From an uncultured Gemmatimonadales bacterium (GTDB lineage Bacteria; Gemmatimonadota; Gemmatimonadetes; Gemmatimonadales; GWC2-71-9), in contig CAWCVB010000002.1 in NCBI GenBank assembly GCA_963798915.1, forward strand, positions 96,001 to 160,000: a stretch of DNA of 64,000 nt, in the 5' to 3' direction. The notes below the pieces were generated by a model. The model did no database searches, was not told where the DNA came from, and worked only from the letters and a program-made list of their open reading frames with translations. Position numbers and translations under genes: made by a program. Below, piece after piece: positions 39,506 through 48,873 of the stretch. Numbering within the stretch: the first letter of the stretch is position 1; every line of letters starts with the position of its first letter.

Positions 39506-39991
39506 TCAGCCCCGGCGTGCGGCCTCGATTGCGGCGATGTCGATCTTCTGCATCCCCATCATCACATCGAACGCCCGCTTGGCGGCAGCCGGATCGGGAT
39601 CGGTGATCGCCTGCGTCAGGGCGATCGGCGTGATCTGCCAAGACAATCCCCATTTATCCTTGCACCAGCCGCACGCACTCTCCTCACCACCGTTGCCGAC
39701 GATGGCGTTCCAGTAGCGATCCGTTTCCGCCTGGTCGGTGGTGGCGACCTGGAACGAGAACGCTTCATTGTGCTTGAATTCGGGCCCGCCGTTGAGCCCC
39801 AGGCAGGGAATGCCGATCACGGTAAACTCGACCGTCAACACGTCCCCCTGCTTCCCTGACGGATAGTCACCCGGTGCGCGGTGCACCTTGCCGACGGAAG
39901 AATCAGGGAAGGTCCTGGCGTAAAACTGCGCCGCCGCCTCGGCATCGCGATCGTACCAGAGGCAGATGGTGTTCTTTGCTGGCTTGTCCAT
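39506..39991 (-). CDS. VOC/PhnB-like protein (3-demethylubiquinone-9 3-methyltransferase family)
   Basis: ICLWYDRDAEAAAQFY, LNGGP and CGWCKDKWGLSWQI motifs. Confidence 0.9.
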   Translation of the reverse strand: MDKPAKNTICLWYDRDAEAAAQFYARTFPDSSVGKVHRAPGDYPSGKQGDVLTVEFTVIGIPCLGLNGGPEFKHNEAFSFQVATTDQAETDRYWNAIVGNGGEESACGWCKDKWGLSWQITPIALTQAITDPDPAAAKRAFDVMMGMQKIDIAAIEAARRG

Positions 39992-40456
39992 GTCCGTGCT
40001 CCATCGTGATGAGCCAAAGCCGCCGAATCAGAAGTCTCGGAGTCTTGGCAGGTCCTGACAGCCAGTCAAGCCAGGAGACCGTCGGTATGTGGAACAACCC
40101 CGCGCCGTGGGACGAGCGGCGCCTCCTTAGCGATTCGGGTGCCTGAGGATGAGACAAAGCAGGATCGCTCCCGGCTTCGCCATCTACCCTTCCATCGAGA
40201 TGATGATGATATCACCGGGCACTGGCGGCGTTGAGCCCGAGGGGAGGAGCCCCCGCGCGAGGCGCCCGAGCAGCGATCAGACTGGGGGCCGAGATGGCCA
40301 TGCTGGAGGGTCTGACATCGGAGGCGCCACCCGCCTCCGCGCCGCCGGCGGAGTCCGCGGACTCCCAGGGCGGGGCTCCTTGAACGAGCGGGTTGGCAGT
40401 TTCGCATTTGCTCAACGCTCAACGCTCGACGCTCGACGCTCGACGCCTTCCGCTCC

Positions 40457-40483
40457 TGTCACAAGACTGTCCCCTTCCGTGTC
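40457..40483 (+). promoter_or_regulatory. ECF41-type promoter upstream of the sigma factor gene
   Basis: TGTCACA-N16-TGTC. Confidence 0.7.
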
Positions 40484-40499
40484 ATCTTATCAGAGTCGA

Positions 40500-41378
40500 A
40501 TGGAAACGCGCGCGGAAGTCTTTGCTTCAGTACGGCCCATGCTCTTCTCCATTGCCTACCGGATGCTTGGCAGCGTGATGGACGCGGAAGACCTGGTCCA
40601 GGATGCCTACCTGCGGTGGCAGGAGGCAGCCGAGCCGGAGGTGCGCTCGCCCCGCGCCTACCTGACGACGATCGTCACACGGCTCGCGATCAACCAGCTG
40701 CGTTCCGCCCGGCATCGACGCGAAACCTACGTGGGGCCCTGGCTCCCGGAGCCGCTGGTGAGCGATACCGTGCCCGACCCATCCGCCTCCGTGGAGCTTG
40801 CCGAATCGCTCTCGATGGCTTTCCTCGTGCTCATGGAGCGATTGTCGCCGGTGGAGCGCGCCGTCCTCCTGCTGCATGACGTGTTCGACTTCGACTACGG
40901 CGAGATCGCGCGGATCGTGGACAAGACCGAGGTGAATTGCCGCCAGCTGCTGGCCCGGGCCAGGAAGCACGTCGGCGCCGCCCGGACCCGCTTCCAGGCC
41001 GATCCGCAGCGCGCGGCGCAACTGGTGGAGCGGTTTCGCCAGGCATCGGTGCAGGGCGACATGGATGCCCTGGTTTCGTTGCTGGCTGAGGATATCACCC
41101 TCTGGGCCGATGGCGGCGGCAAGGTGCGCGGGGCAGCGCTGAAGCCGGTCCACGGCGCGGACGCGGTGGCGCGGTTTGTCATGGGTACTATGGAGCGCTT
41201 TGTGCCTGCCGGAACCAGCTTCCGCTCGGCTCGCATCAATGGTCAGGCAGGATTTATCGCCTATCTGAGCGGCCAGCCACAGGCAGCGATGATATTCGAC
41301 ATCCAAGCCGACCGCATCCGCACCGTCTACGCCATCGGCAACCCCGACAAGCTGCTGAATCTTCCTGCCACGGACTGA
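40500..41378 (+). CDS. ECF sigma factor, ECF41/SigJ group, with SnoaL-like C-terminal extension
   Basis: DAEDLVQD plus the ECF41 motifs YVGPWLPEP, DGGGK and NPDKL. Confidence 0.92.
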   Translation: METRAEVFASVRPMLFSIAYRMLGSVMDAEDLVQDAYLRWQEAAEPEVRSPRAYLTTIVTRLAINQLRSARHRRETYVGPWLPEPLVSDTVPDPSASVELAESLSMAFLVLMERLSPVERAVLLLHDVFDFDYGEIARIVDKTEVNCRQLLARARKHVGAARTRFQADPQRAAQLVERFRQASVQGDMDALVSLLAEDITLWADGGGKVRGAALKPVHGADAVARFVMGTMERFVPAGTSFRSARINGQAGFIAYLSGQPQAAMIFDIQADRIRTVYAIGNPDKLLNLPATD

Positions 41379-41385
41379 TGTCCGC

Positions 41386-41412
41386 TGTCACAAACACGAG
41401 CCGGCTCCTGTC
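41386..41412 (+). promoter_or_regulatory. ECF41-type promoter upstream of the DoxX gene
   Basis: TGTCACA-N16-TGTC, identical spacing to 40457-40483. Confidence 0.7.
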
Positions 41413-41445
41413 ATCCCTTTGACATCAGGACCAGGAGCGGTTGCC

Positions 41446-42015
41446 ATGATTGCAGCGCATATCGAAGACGTCACCCTCTGGGGTGCTCAGGTGTTCCTTG
41501 CCCTCTTCTTCCTCGGAGCAGGCGCGCCGAAACTGATCGGCCGCGGGCTGGAGCGATGGACCGGATTCTCGGACCTGCCCCGCGCCTTGGTGATCGTTAT
41601 CGGCCTGTCGGAGGTGCTTGGCGCGGCCGGCCTGGTGCTTCCATTGGCAACCGGCATCCTTCCTTGGCTGACACCGCTGGCCGCCGTCGGCCTGGCGGTG
41701 GTGGTGCTCATGGCCTCCGGCTTTCACCTGCGTGCTGACGAACGCCTGCCGGCGCTCGAGACAGCACTCTGGGCCAGCCTGGCCGCCGTCGTCGCCGTTG
41801 GCCGTTGGAACCCGATGGCATCCCGCGTCAAGGTGCCAGGATGGCTGCTGATAGCGGCCCTGTGCCTGCTGGTGCCCGCGGTGATCATCAATGTGGTGAT
41901 CCTGCTGAGGCGGCCGGTGGAGAAGGGAGTCGACGGTCGTCAGTCGTCAGTCGTCAGTCGTCGAGCGGTGCCGATCTGGCCCATCCGTCCTTCCTGCGCG
42001 AGCAGGAATCCATGA
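41446..42015 (+). CDS. DoxX-family membrane protein
   Basis: LWGAQVFLALFFLGAGAPKL, IGLSEVLGAAGLVLP and LTPLAAVGL motifs; AGGAG RBS. Confidence 0.8.
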   Translation: MIAAHIEDVTLWGAQVFLALFFLGAGAPKLIGRGLERWTGFSDLPRALVIVIGLSEVLGAAGLVLPLATGILPWLTPLAAVGLAVVVLMASGFHLRADERLPALETALWASLAAVVAVGRWNPMASRVKVPGWLLIAALCLLVPAVIINVVILLRRPVEKGVDGRQSSVVSRRAVPIWPIRPSCASRNP

Positions 42016-42081
42016 GGGTTCACCCGGAGTGAGTGGCGATGCCCATGGCCCTCATGGACCCCCGCTTTCGCGGGGGTGACG
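41986..42081. repeat. Palindromic doublet element (TTCCTGCGCGAGCAGGAATCCATGAGGG ... CCCTCATGGACCCCCGCTTTCGCGGGGGTGACG)
   Basis: Two inverted hairpin units; the element supplies the DoxX stop codon. Confidence 0.7.
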
Positions 42082-42100
42082 ACAAGGCGAGTTTCGGCCC

Positions 42101-42179
42101 GCCCATCCCGCCCATCCCGCCCATCCCGCCCATCCCGCCCATCCCGCCCATCCCGCCCTTCGACTGACGACTGACGACT
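42101..42179. repeat. Nonamer (GCCCATCCC)x6 plus heptamer (GACTGAC)n
   Basis: Directly visible. Confidence 0.9.
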
Positions 42180-42239
42180 TACTATTCGGTGGGACTCGGA
42201 GCGCGTGCTGGCGGGACAAATTCCGAGGAGACTCCGCCG

Positions 42240-44504
42240 ATGACCAGGAGAACGAGGGCTTCCGTCGTGCGGCCGGCCTGTGCGGCTCTGCTGTTGCCGG
42301 CACTGATCTGTCTGTGCCTGGTGTCATCGCGCTTGGCCTGGGGGCAGGTGCCGGGGCCGGTGGCCGGCGCTGCGACAACCGAGGCGCGCATTGATTCACT
42401 GCTCGCGCGCATGACGCTGCAGGAAAAGGCGGGGCAGCTCACCGTCATCGGTCGCGACAACCCTCGCTTTCAGGAGCTGGTTCAGGCCGGCATGGTCGGC
42501 GCCACCGGTGGTGTGCTGGCCGACACCAATGTGGTGAAGTACACCAGGCAGGTGCAGCAACTGGCCCTGCAGTCCCGGCTTCGCATTCCCATTCTCTTCA
42601 CGGGCGACGTGGTACACGGCTTTCGCACCATCTTCCCGGTGCCGATGGCCGTGGCGGCCTCATGGGATCCAGCGCTGCTGCACCAGATGGACAGTGTGGC
42701 GGCGGTGGAGGCAACCGCTGCCGGCGTGACCTGGACCTATGCGCCCATGGTTGACATCGGCCGTGACGCGCGGTGGGGACGGGTACTTGAAGGGGCGGGA
42801 GAAGATCCCTATCTCGGCAGCGTGATGGCGCGCGCCGCGGTGCGCGGGTTCCAGGGCTCGAGCCTGGCCGACCGGACCACGATGCTGGCCACCGCCAAGC
42901 ACTTTGCTGCCTACGGCGCGGTTGAGGCGGGCCGGGACTACAACTCGGTGGACATGTCCGACTGGCAGCTCCGGTCGGTTATCCTGCCGCCCTTCAAGGC
43001 GGCTGTGGACGTCGGCGCCGGCTCGGTCATGGCGGCGTTCGTGTCGCTGAACGGCGTGCCGGCGACGGCAAACCGCTACCTCCTGACCGACATCCTGCGG
43101 AACGAATGGCATTTCAGCGGAATGCTGGTGTCGGACTATGACGCGGTGCCGCAACTCCAGCAGCACGGGGTCGCCACCGATTCGGCCGACGCCGCCAGGC
43201 AGGCGCTGCTGGCTGGCGTAGACCTGGACCTGCATAGCGGGACCTACCTGGCTACGCTGCCGGCGCTGGTGCAGTCGGGCGCGATACCCCGGGAGGCGCT
43301 GGATACCGCCGTGCGCCGGGTGCTCCGTGCCAAGCTCGCCCTGGGGCTCTTTGATGACCCCTTCCATTACGGCGACTCCACCCTCAGCCAGGATTCATTG
43401 CTGGCGGCGCACCGTCCGATCGCGCGCGCCATGGCCGCACGCACCATGGTGCTGCTTCGCAACGAAGGATCCGTGCTCCCACTCCGAAAGGACCTGCCCT
43501 CGCTCGCGGTCATCGGGCCGATGGCCGACAACCAGGCCGACCTCCTGGGTGCGATGCATGCCGTGGGTCGGGACAGCGAAGCGGTGACGGTGCTTCAGGG
43601 AATACGCGAGGCGGTCGCCCCGGGCACGCGCGTGCGCTATGCCCGAGGCGCCGGGTTCATGGACACCAGCTCGACCGGGTTTGCCGACGCGCTGGCGGCA
43701 GCGCGCCAATCGGACGCAGTGGTCATGGTGCTGGGCGAGGGAACCGGCATGAGCGGCGAAGCCGACAGCCGGGCGGACCTGGGTTTGCCGGGACGCCAAC
43801 TGGAGCTGGTCCAGCAGGTCGTCGCGCTTGGCAAGCCGGTTGTGGTGGTGCTGATGGGAGGACGCCCGCTGGCGGTGCCGTGGGTTGCCGAGCATGTGCC
43901 GGCCATTCTCGAGGCGTGGCTGCCGGGCACCGAAGGCGGTCACGCCGTGGCCGACGTGCTCTTCGGCGACATGAATCCCTCGGCTAAACTTCCCATGACC
44001 TTTCCCCGCAGCGTGGGCCAGGTCCCGATCTATTACGCGCATCAGGCCACGGGCCGGCCGTTTGAGCCGAACGACAAGTACACCACCCGTTACATCGACG
44101 TCCCCAACTCGCCGCTCTACCCGTTCGGCTACGGGCTGAGCTATACCTCCTTCAGGTATTCTCCCCTGACGCTGAGCGCGGACCAGCTTGGCTGGAACGA
44201 CACGCTCATGGTCTCGGTCACGCTCTCCAACAGCGGCAAGCGAGACGGCGCTGAAGTGGTGCAATTGTACATACGCGACCTCGTGGCCAGCGTGAGTCCG
44301 CCGGCGGAGCTGCTGAAACGGTTCAGGCGGATGCAGCTGAAGGCGGGGGAGTCGACGCGCGTGACCTTCCGGCTGACCCGGAAGGACCTCGCTTTCTATC
44401 ACGCTGACGGAAGTTTTGCAGCGGAACCCGGCGGGTTCGAAGTTCAGGTAGGCGGCAGCTCGGCCCAGGGCGAAACACAAGCATTTCAGCTGCTGGCCCG
44501 CTGA
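42240..44504 (+). CDS. bglX: GH3 beta-glucosidase (BglX-like)
   Basis: RDARWGRVLEGAGEDPYL, KHFAAYG, VSDY, SGEA.SR and PLYPFGYGLSYT motifs; Fn3-like tail. Confidence 0.9.
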   Translation: MTRRTRASVVRPACAALLLPALICLCLVSSRLAWGQVPGPVAGAATTEARIDSLLARMTLQEKAGQLTVIGRDNPRFQELVQAGMVGATGGVLADTNVVKYTRQVQQLALQSRLRIPILFTGDVVHGFRTIFPVPMAVAASWDPALLHQMDSVAAVEATAAGVTWTYAPMVDIGRDARWGRVLEGAGEDPYLGSVMARAAVRGFQGSSLADRTTMLATAKHFAAYGAVEAGRDYNSVDMSDWQLRSVILPPFKAAVDVGAGSVMAAFVSLNGVPATANRYLLTDILRNEWHFSGMLVSDYDAVPQLQQHGVATDSADAARQALLAGVDLDLHSGTYLATLPALVQSGAIPREALDTAVRRVLRAKLALGLFDDPFHYGDSTLSQDSLLAAHRPIARAMAARTMVLLRNEGSVLPLRKDLPSLAVIGPMADNQADLLGAMHAVGRDSEAVTVLQGIREAVAPGTRVRYARGAGFMDTSSTGFADALAAARQSDAVVMVLGEGTGMSGEADSRADLGLPGRQLELVQQVVALGKPVVVVLMGGRPLAVPWVAEHVPAILEAWLPGTEGGHAVADVLFGDMNPSAKLPMTFPRSVGQVPIYYAHQATGRPFEPNDKYTTRYIDVPNSPLYPFGYGLSYTSFRYSPLTLSADQLGWNDTLMVSVTLSNSGKRDGAEVVQLYIRDLVASVSPPAELLKRFRRMQLKAGESTRVTFRLTRKDLAFYHADGSFAAEPGGFEVQVGGSSAQGETQAFQLLAR

Positions 44505-44536
44505 GGCCGGCGGTCGCGACCCTCGACCTTCAGCCC

Positions 44537-45637
44537 ATGCACTCCTGCTTTGCCGTGACTACGCCGGGCCTCGAAGCCATCACCGCCCGCGAGCTCACCG
44601 CGCTCGGCATAGCGATCACCGAAACGGAACCGGGCGGCGTCGCGTTCCAGGCCGATGCCGCCGAACTCGCTCGCGCCAACATCTGGCTGAGAACGGCGTC
44701 GCGCGTATTGGTGCGAATCGCGCAGTTCCACGCGTTCTCATTTCCCGAACTGGAGCGGCACGCTCGCCAGGTGGCGTGGGGCGAGTATCTCGCCGACGGC
44801 ATTTCACCGGTATTCCGGATCACCTCGAAAAAGTCGAAGCTGTACCATCAGGGCGCGATCGCCGAGCGACTCCAGCGATGCACCGGGATCCCGGCGCCCG
44901 CCGATGATGCCCCGGCCGACTCGGGACAGCTGTTCGTGGTGCGAGTGCACCGGGACCAGGTCACGGTCAGTGCGGATGCATCAGGCGAACTGCTCCATCG
45001 GCGCGGGTATCGGCTGGAGCAGGCCCGCGCGCCGCTTCGCGAGACGCTCGCAGCCGCAATGCTGCTGGGGGTGGGATGGGACGGCAGCGTACCGCTGGTG
45101 GATCCGTTCGCGGGTTCCGGCACCATCGCGATTGAAGCAGCCATGATCGCACGCAACATGGCGCCGGGCGCGCGGCGATCATTCGCTGCGGAACGGTGGC
45201 CCAGCATGGCAGGAGGAGTGTTCGCGGCGGGTCGAGCGTCGAGCGTCGAGGGTCGAGAGCATGACGCTCGACGCATCATCGCCAGCGACCGCGATGCCGG
45301 CGCGGTCGCGGCAATGGGTCGGAACGCCGAACGCGCCGGCGTGGCTGCCGATCTCTCGATCCGGCAGGCGGTCATCTCCGAGCTGCGGTTGCCGGAGCAG
45401 CCGGGCTGGATCGTGACCAACCCGCCCTACGGAGTGCGCGTGGGCGACCGCCTGCGGCTTCGGGATCTGTATGCCCAGACCGGCACGCTGCTTCGCACGC
45501 GCGCCCGCGGGTGGCGGCTGGCACTGCTCAGCACCCATCCGGCACTGGAGCATCAGCTGGCGCTGCCACTGACGCCTGTCTGGCAGTCCACCAATGGCGG
45601 CATCACTGTCCGGCTGGTGACGGCCAGTCTGCCTTGA
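44537..45637 (+). CDS. THUMP-domain RNA methyltransferase (RlmL-like)
   Basis: LHRRGYR, APLRETLAAAML, DPFAGSGT and TNPPYG motifs. Confidence 0.88.
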   Translation: MHSCFAVTTPGLEAITARELTALGIAITETEPGGVAFQADAAELARANIWLRTASRVLVRIAQFHAFSFPELERHARQVAWGEYLADGISPVFRITSKKSKLYHQGAIAERLQRCTGIPAPADDAPADSGQLFVVRVHRDQVTVSADASGELLHRRGYRLEQARAPLRETLAAAMLLGVGWDGSVPLVDPFAGSGTIAIEAAMIARNMAPGARRSFAAERWPSMAGGVFAAGRASSVEGREHDARRIIASDRDAGAVAAMGRNAERAGVAADLSIRQAVISELRLPEQPGWIVTNPPYGVRVGDRLRLRDLYAQTGTLLRTRARGWRLALLSTHPALEHQLALPLTPVWQSTNGGITVRLVTASLP

Positions 45638-46514
45638 GTCGTGCCAGCGCATCCTTGAGCCCATTCACTCGCTCCCGCAAGACGTCGTCCGCGCTCAGCC
45701 TGCCGTGCGCCGGATTCCGCGCCAGATCGGCAAACTGATCCTCCGCTGCTTGTACCGTAGCACGGTCGGAGGGGGCGCCCAGCTTCCATGGACCGAATCG
45801 GGTAAGCTGGCCGGTGCGCAGCGAATGGCGCACATAGTCGGCCAGGCGAATGTGCGGGGCGTTCCGGTGCTGGTCGTGCAGTGCTGGCACGTGCACCGGG
45901 GCGTAGTCCATCCGCAGTGATGCGGTCCAGTCCTGCCACTTGAATGCATTGATATGCTCGTAGCCCGCGATCGGCACCCAGGGAATCCTGAGCGCGTCGG
46001 CGACGATCGCGGCGTGCATGGCACCCGAGATCACGCATCGGCTGGCGGCCATCTGTGCGAGCGTCCGGTCCACCGAGGCCCACGGATCGAGAAAGGTCAG
46101 TCCCAGGCGGTTGCAGAATGACCGCCAGTCGAACATCGGCCGGCTGATGTGATGGGGCATGAAGGCCACGCGCCCGGTGCGCCGGCCGGGCGGCACCAGG
46201 TCGGTGATGAGGGCGGCGGAATCGGTGATGGCCAGCTCGGGCGGGAGGCCCAGCGCCGCCGCAGTGCCGGGTCCCCGGACGGCGTAGAAGCGCCAGCGCT
46301 CATCCACTAGCGGGAGTTCGCCGTATCCCACTCCGGCGCCGAGGACCACCTTGAACGGCTCCCGGGGGAGCCGGGCATGAAGCACCGTCCCGATGCCGAG
46401 GAGCAGGGGATCGGGGCCGTCCGGGCTGGCACCGGGCAGGACCCTGGGCCAGAGCCAGAGATTGAGATCGTCGCCAAAATTCCCGTACGAATCGTGGAAG
46501 TAATGTATTCGCAT
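45603..46514 (-). CDS. Polysaccharide pyruvyl transferase (ExoV-like)
   Basis: GNFGDDLN.WLW, AVRGP, FMPH, AMHAAIVADALRIPW and FKWQDW motifs. Confidence 0.85.
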   Translation of the reverse strand: MRIHYFHDSYGNFGDDLNLWLWPRVLPGASPDGPDPLLLGIGTVLHARLPREPFKVVLGAGVGYGELPLVDERWRFYAVRGPGTAAALGLPPELAITDSAALITDLVPPGRRTGRVAFMPHHISRPMFDWRSFCNRLGLTFLDPWASVDRTLAQMAASRCVISGAMHAAIVADALRIPWVPIAGYEHINAFKWQDWTASLRMDYAPVHVPALHDQHRNAPHIRLADYVRHSLRTGQLTRFGPWKLGAPSDRATVQAAEDQFADLARNPAHGRLSADDVLRERVNGLKDALARLKADWPSPAGQ

Positions 46515-46648
46515 GAATTTAGGTCAAGTGCCCCGGGGCGGAGGTGTCAAAAAATTGAATAGGGAAAAACCTAGGGGACAAATTTCCGGGTAGGTGTTAG
46601 CGTAGTCTCGCCCCCTGATGGCCGGCTCGTGCCGGCAGGAGTGTCGAG

Positions 46649-47002
46649 ATGGCGCCAGCGAACCGCCGGGACATTGATGTGCTCATCGAAAAGCATGAGA
46701 CGCGCCTCCGCGATGATTTCGACGACCGGGACATCGCGATCTATGTCCGGAGCCTGCTGGTTTCGATGACCGGCCAGTGGCACTTCAGCGCCATTACGCC
46801 GGAGACCCACCTGTACCGGGACCTGCGCTGGAACGTGGAGAGCGCCGAGCGGTTCCGTGCCACGCTGGAGGCGGTGTTCCGGGTGGAACTTGCCCCGTGG
46901 GAATTCCTCTGTGGCCGGACCGTCCGCGATCTCACTACACTTCTGGGCCGGGCGCTGAGCCGGGACCGGCGCCGCTTCGGCGGCGCTCCACCCGCCGCGT
47001 GA
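46649..47002 (+). CDS. Acyl-carrier-protein-like protein lacking the DSL serine
   Basis: ITPETHLYRDL...LEAVFRVEL...TVRDL follows the ACP pattern; AGGAG RBS. Confidence 0.55.
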   Translation: MAPANRRDIDVLIEKHETRLRDDFDDRDIAIYVRSLLVSMTGQWHFSAITPETHLYRDLRWNVESAERFRATLEAVFRVELAPWEFLCGRTVRDLTTLLGRALSRDRRRFGGAPPAA

Positions 47003-47081
47003 TCCGGGTTCCCATGCCCATATCTCACCCCCTGAGTTACTGTCGGCCACTCAGCCGTCCCCCTGTGGGAGAGGAGCGCGC

Positions 47082-47399
47082 ATGTTCACCGGCAAGGAAG
47101 ACCACGTCATCAGTCTCGAGCAGGCCCGTGTACTGGTCCAGCGCTGGCGCGAGCGGGGTTCCGCCCTGGCGGGTGACCCTGGCTCGGAATTTTTCGGTCG
47201 GGATGTCATTGAAAAGATACTCGGGCAGCCAGGCTGTGTGGGTCTTCGGATCCATCACGGGCGCAACGCCAAGGGGCAGCACACCATGCTGCTCGTGGGG
47301 GCTGACGCAGACGGCAACGAGCTGCTGGATGGCACCATCGCGGAGCAGGGCATGCCATGCCCACCGTTTTGCGGCGACGGAGGCATGCTCAGCCCGTGA
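47082..47399 (+). CDS. Small hypothetical protein with C-terminal PCPPFC motif
   Basis: GAGGAG RBS; 105 aa; no signal peptide; stop overlaps the next start (GTGA). Confidence 0.8.
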   Translation: MFTGKEDHVISLEQARVLVQRWRERGSALAGDPGSEFFGRDVIEKILGQPGCVGLRIHHGRNAKGQHTMLLVGADADGNELLDGTIAEQGMPCPPFCGDGGMLSP

Positions 47400-48106
47400 G
47401 TGCGCCCGCGGACCTGCTGTGGCATCTGGTCTCGCCTCTAGTGCGGGCCATGCGGCACCTGCCGCTCGCGGCGGGCGGCATTCTGTTTCCCATCGTACCG
47501 ATTCTGGCCGCCTGGCCGCGGCGGCACCAGCTGTCGGTGCCGCTGCGATGGGTTGTGGTATACCTGATCGTTACGCTGGCCGAAGAACTCTTCATGCTGT
47601 ACTGGAGCCGGCACGGCCGGCATAATCTCTGGATCATCAACCTGTACACGCCCATCGAGGCGTTCATGCTGGCCATGATGTATGCCGGCTGGCAGCTGCG
47701 GGAGCGGTGGCGTTTCATGATCTACCTGTCGCTGGCGGGTTTCGTCGCCTTCTGGGTGCTGATGATGTTCACCATCGAAGGGTTTGACACCTTCCCGAAG
47801 TTCAGCAAGCCGGTGGAGGCGCTGCTGGTCATCACGGCGTCGGCCTGGACGCTGGTCCAGCGATCCCGGCACGCCGCTTCACCGCTGACGTTCCACCCCT
47901 GGTTCTGGGTCTCGGTCGGGACGCTGCTCTACTTTGCCTACCTGCTGCTGCTCAATCCGGTCGGGATGATGCTGCTGAACCCGCGGCCCGACCTCTTCCG
48001 GCTGGCCTACGGCATCAACGGCGTCCTCACGACGATCATGTATCTCTTCTGGCTGCGCGCCATCTTCCTGGTTCGCACACCGGCGAAAGGCGACGCCCCC
48101 GCATGA
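47396..48106 (+). CDS. Polytopic (about 7 TM) membrane protein
   Basis: Multiple hydrophobic segments; NLWIINLYTPIE and FWVSVGTLLYF motifs; overlaps both neighbours. Confidence 0.8.
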   Translation: MSAPADLLWHLVSPLVRAMRHLPLAAGGILFPIVPILAAWPRRHQLSVPLRWVVVYLIVTLAEELFMLYWSRHGRHNLWIINLYTPIEAFMLAMMYAGWQLRERWRFMIYLSLAGFVAFWVLMMFTIEGFDTFPKFSKPVEALLVITASAWTLVQRSRHAASPLTFHPWFWVSVGTLLYFAYLLLLNPVGMMLLNPRPDLFRLAYGINGVLTTIMYLFWLRAIFLVRTPAKGDAPA

Positions 48107-48873
48107 ACGTTTCTCCCGGCGATCTGTTCTGGATCCTGGTGATCGTCACGCTCGCTGCGGCGATCCTGATTCTGGCGTTCGCGGCCAGTCTGGTCATCCA
48201 GCAGCGGCGTCTGGTCCGTGCCACCCGCTCCTTCGGCGGACGACTCCTCTCGGCCCAGGAGGACGAGCGGCGCTGGGTGGCGCGCGAGCTGCACGACGAT
48301 ATCATCCAGCGGGTTGCAATGCTGGGCCACGAAGTGGAAGAGATCGCCTCCCATAATGGTTCGAGCCCGGCCGAATTTGCCAAGCGCGCCAGCGGTCTCC
48401 GGGCCGAACTCGACGACCTGGCGGAAGAAGTACGGCGACTGGCGCACCGGATGCATCCGACCACGCTCGAGCACCTCGGGCTGAGCGCTGCGCTGGAGCA
48501 GCTTGCCACGGAATTCCGCGGCCAGGGACTTGATGTGCGGGTACGCGGGGCGCTGCCCGATGGCGAGCTGTCGCCCGAGGCCGCGACCTGCCTGTTTCGG
48601 GTGGCCCAGGAAGGCTTGCGCAATGTGCTGAAGCATGCGCAGACCCGAACAGCGATGGTGCGGCTGGGCACGGAGGCCGACGGCGCGTTGCTCGAGGTGG
48701 CCGATGGCGGCGCAGGCTTTGACCGCAGTTCCGCGGCCGCCCAGGCCGGCCTCGGCCTCTCCAGTCTCTCGGAGCGCGTGCGGCTCCTCCATGGCAGGCT
48801 TACCGTGCGGACCCGTCAGGGGCAGGGCACCAGCGTAACGGCGTGGGTACCGCCGCTCGTCCGGCGGGCATGA
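48103..48873 (+). CDS. Histidine kinase (HisKA_3) with a single N-terminal TM
   Basis: AQEDERRWVARELHDDIIQ, RVAQEGLRNVLKHA, DGGAGF and GLGL motifs. Confidence 0.92.
   Translation: MNVSPGDLFWILVIVTLAAAILILAFAASLVIQQRRLVRATRSFGGRLLSAQEDERRWVARELHDDIIQRVAMLGHEVEEIASHNGSSPAEFAKRASGLRAELDDLAEEVRRLAHRMHPTTLEHLGLSAALEQLATEFRGQGLDVRVRGALPDGELSPEAATCLFRVAQEGLRNVLKHAQTRTAMVRLGTEADGALLEVADGGAGFDRSSAAAQAGLGLSSLSERVRLLHGRLTVRTRQGQGTSVTAWVPPLVRRA

Noticed and set aside
39992..40456. Small gene or ncRNA between the VOC gene and the ECF sigma gene
   Set aside because: Only short ORFs without motifs and GC-rich hairpins; no supportable call.
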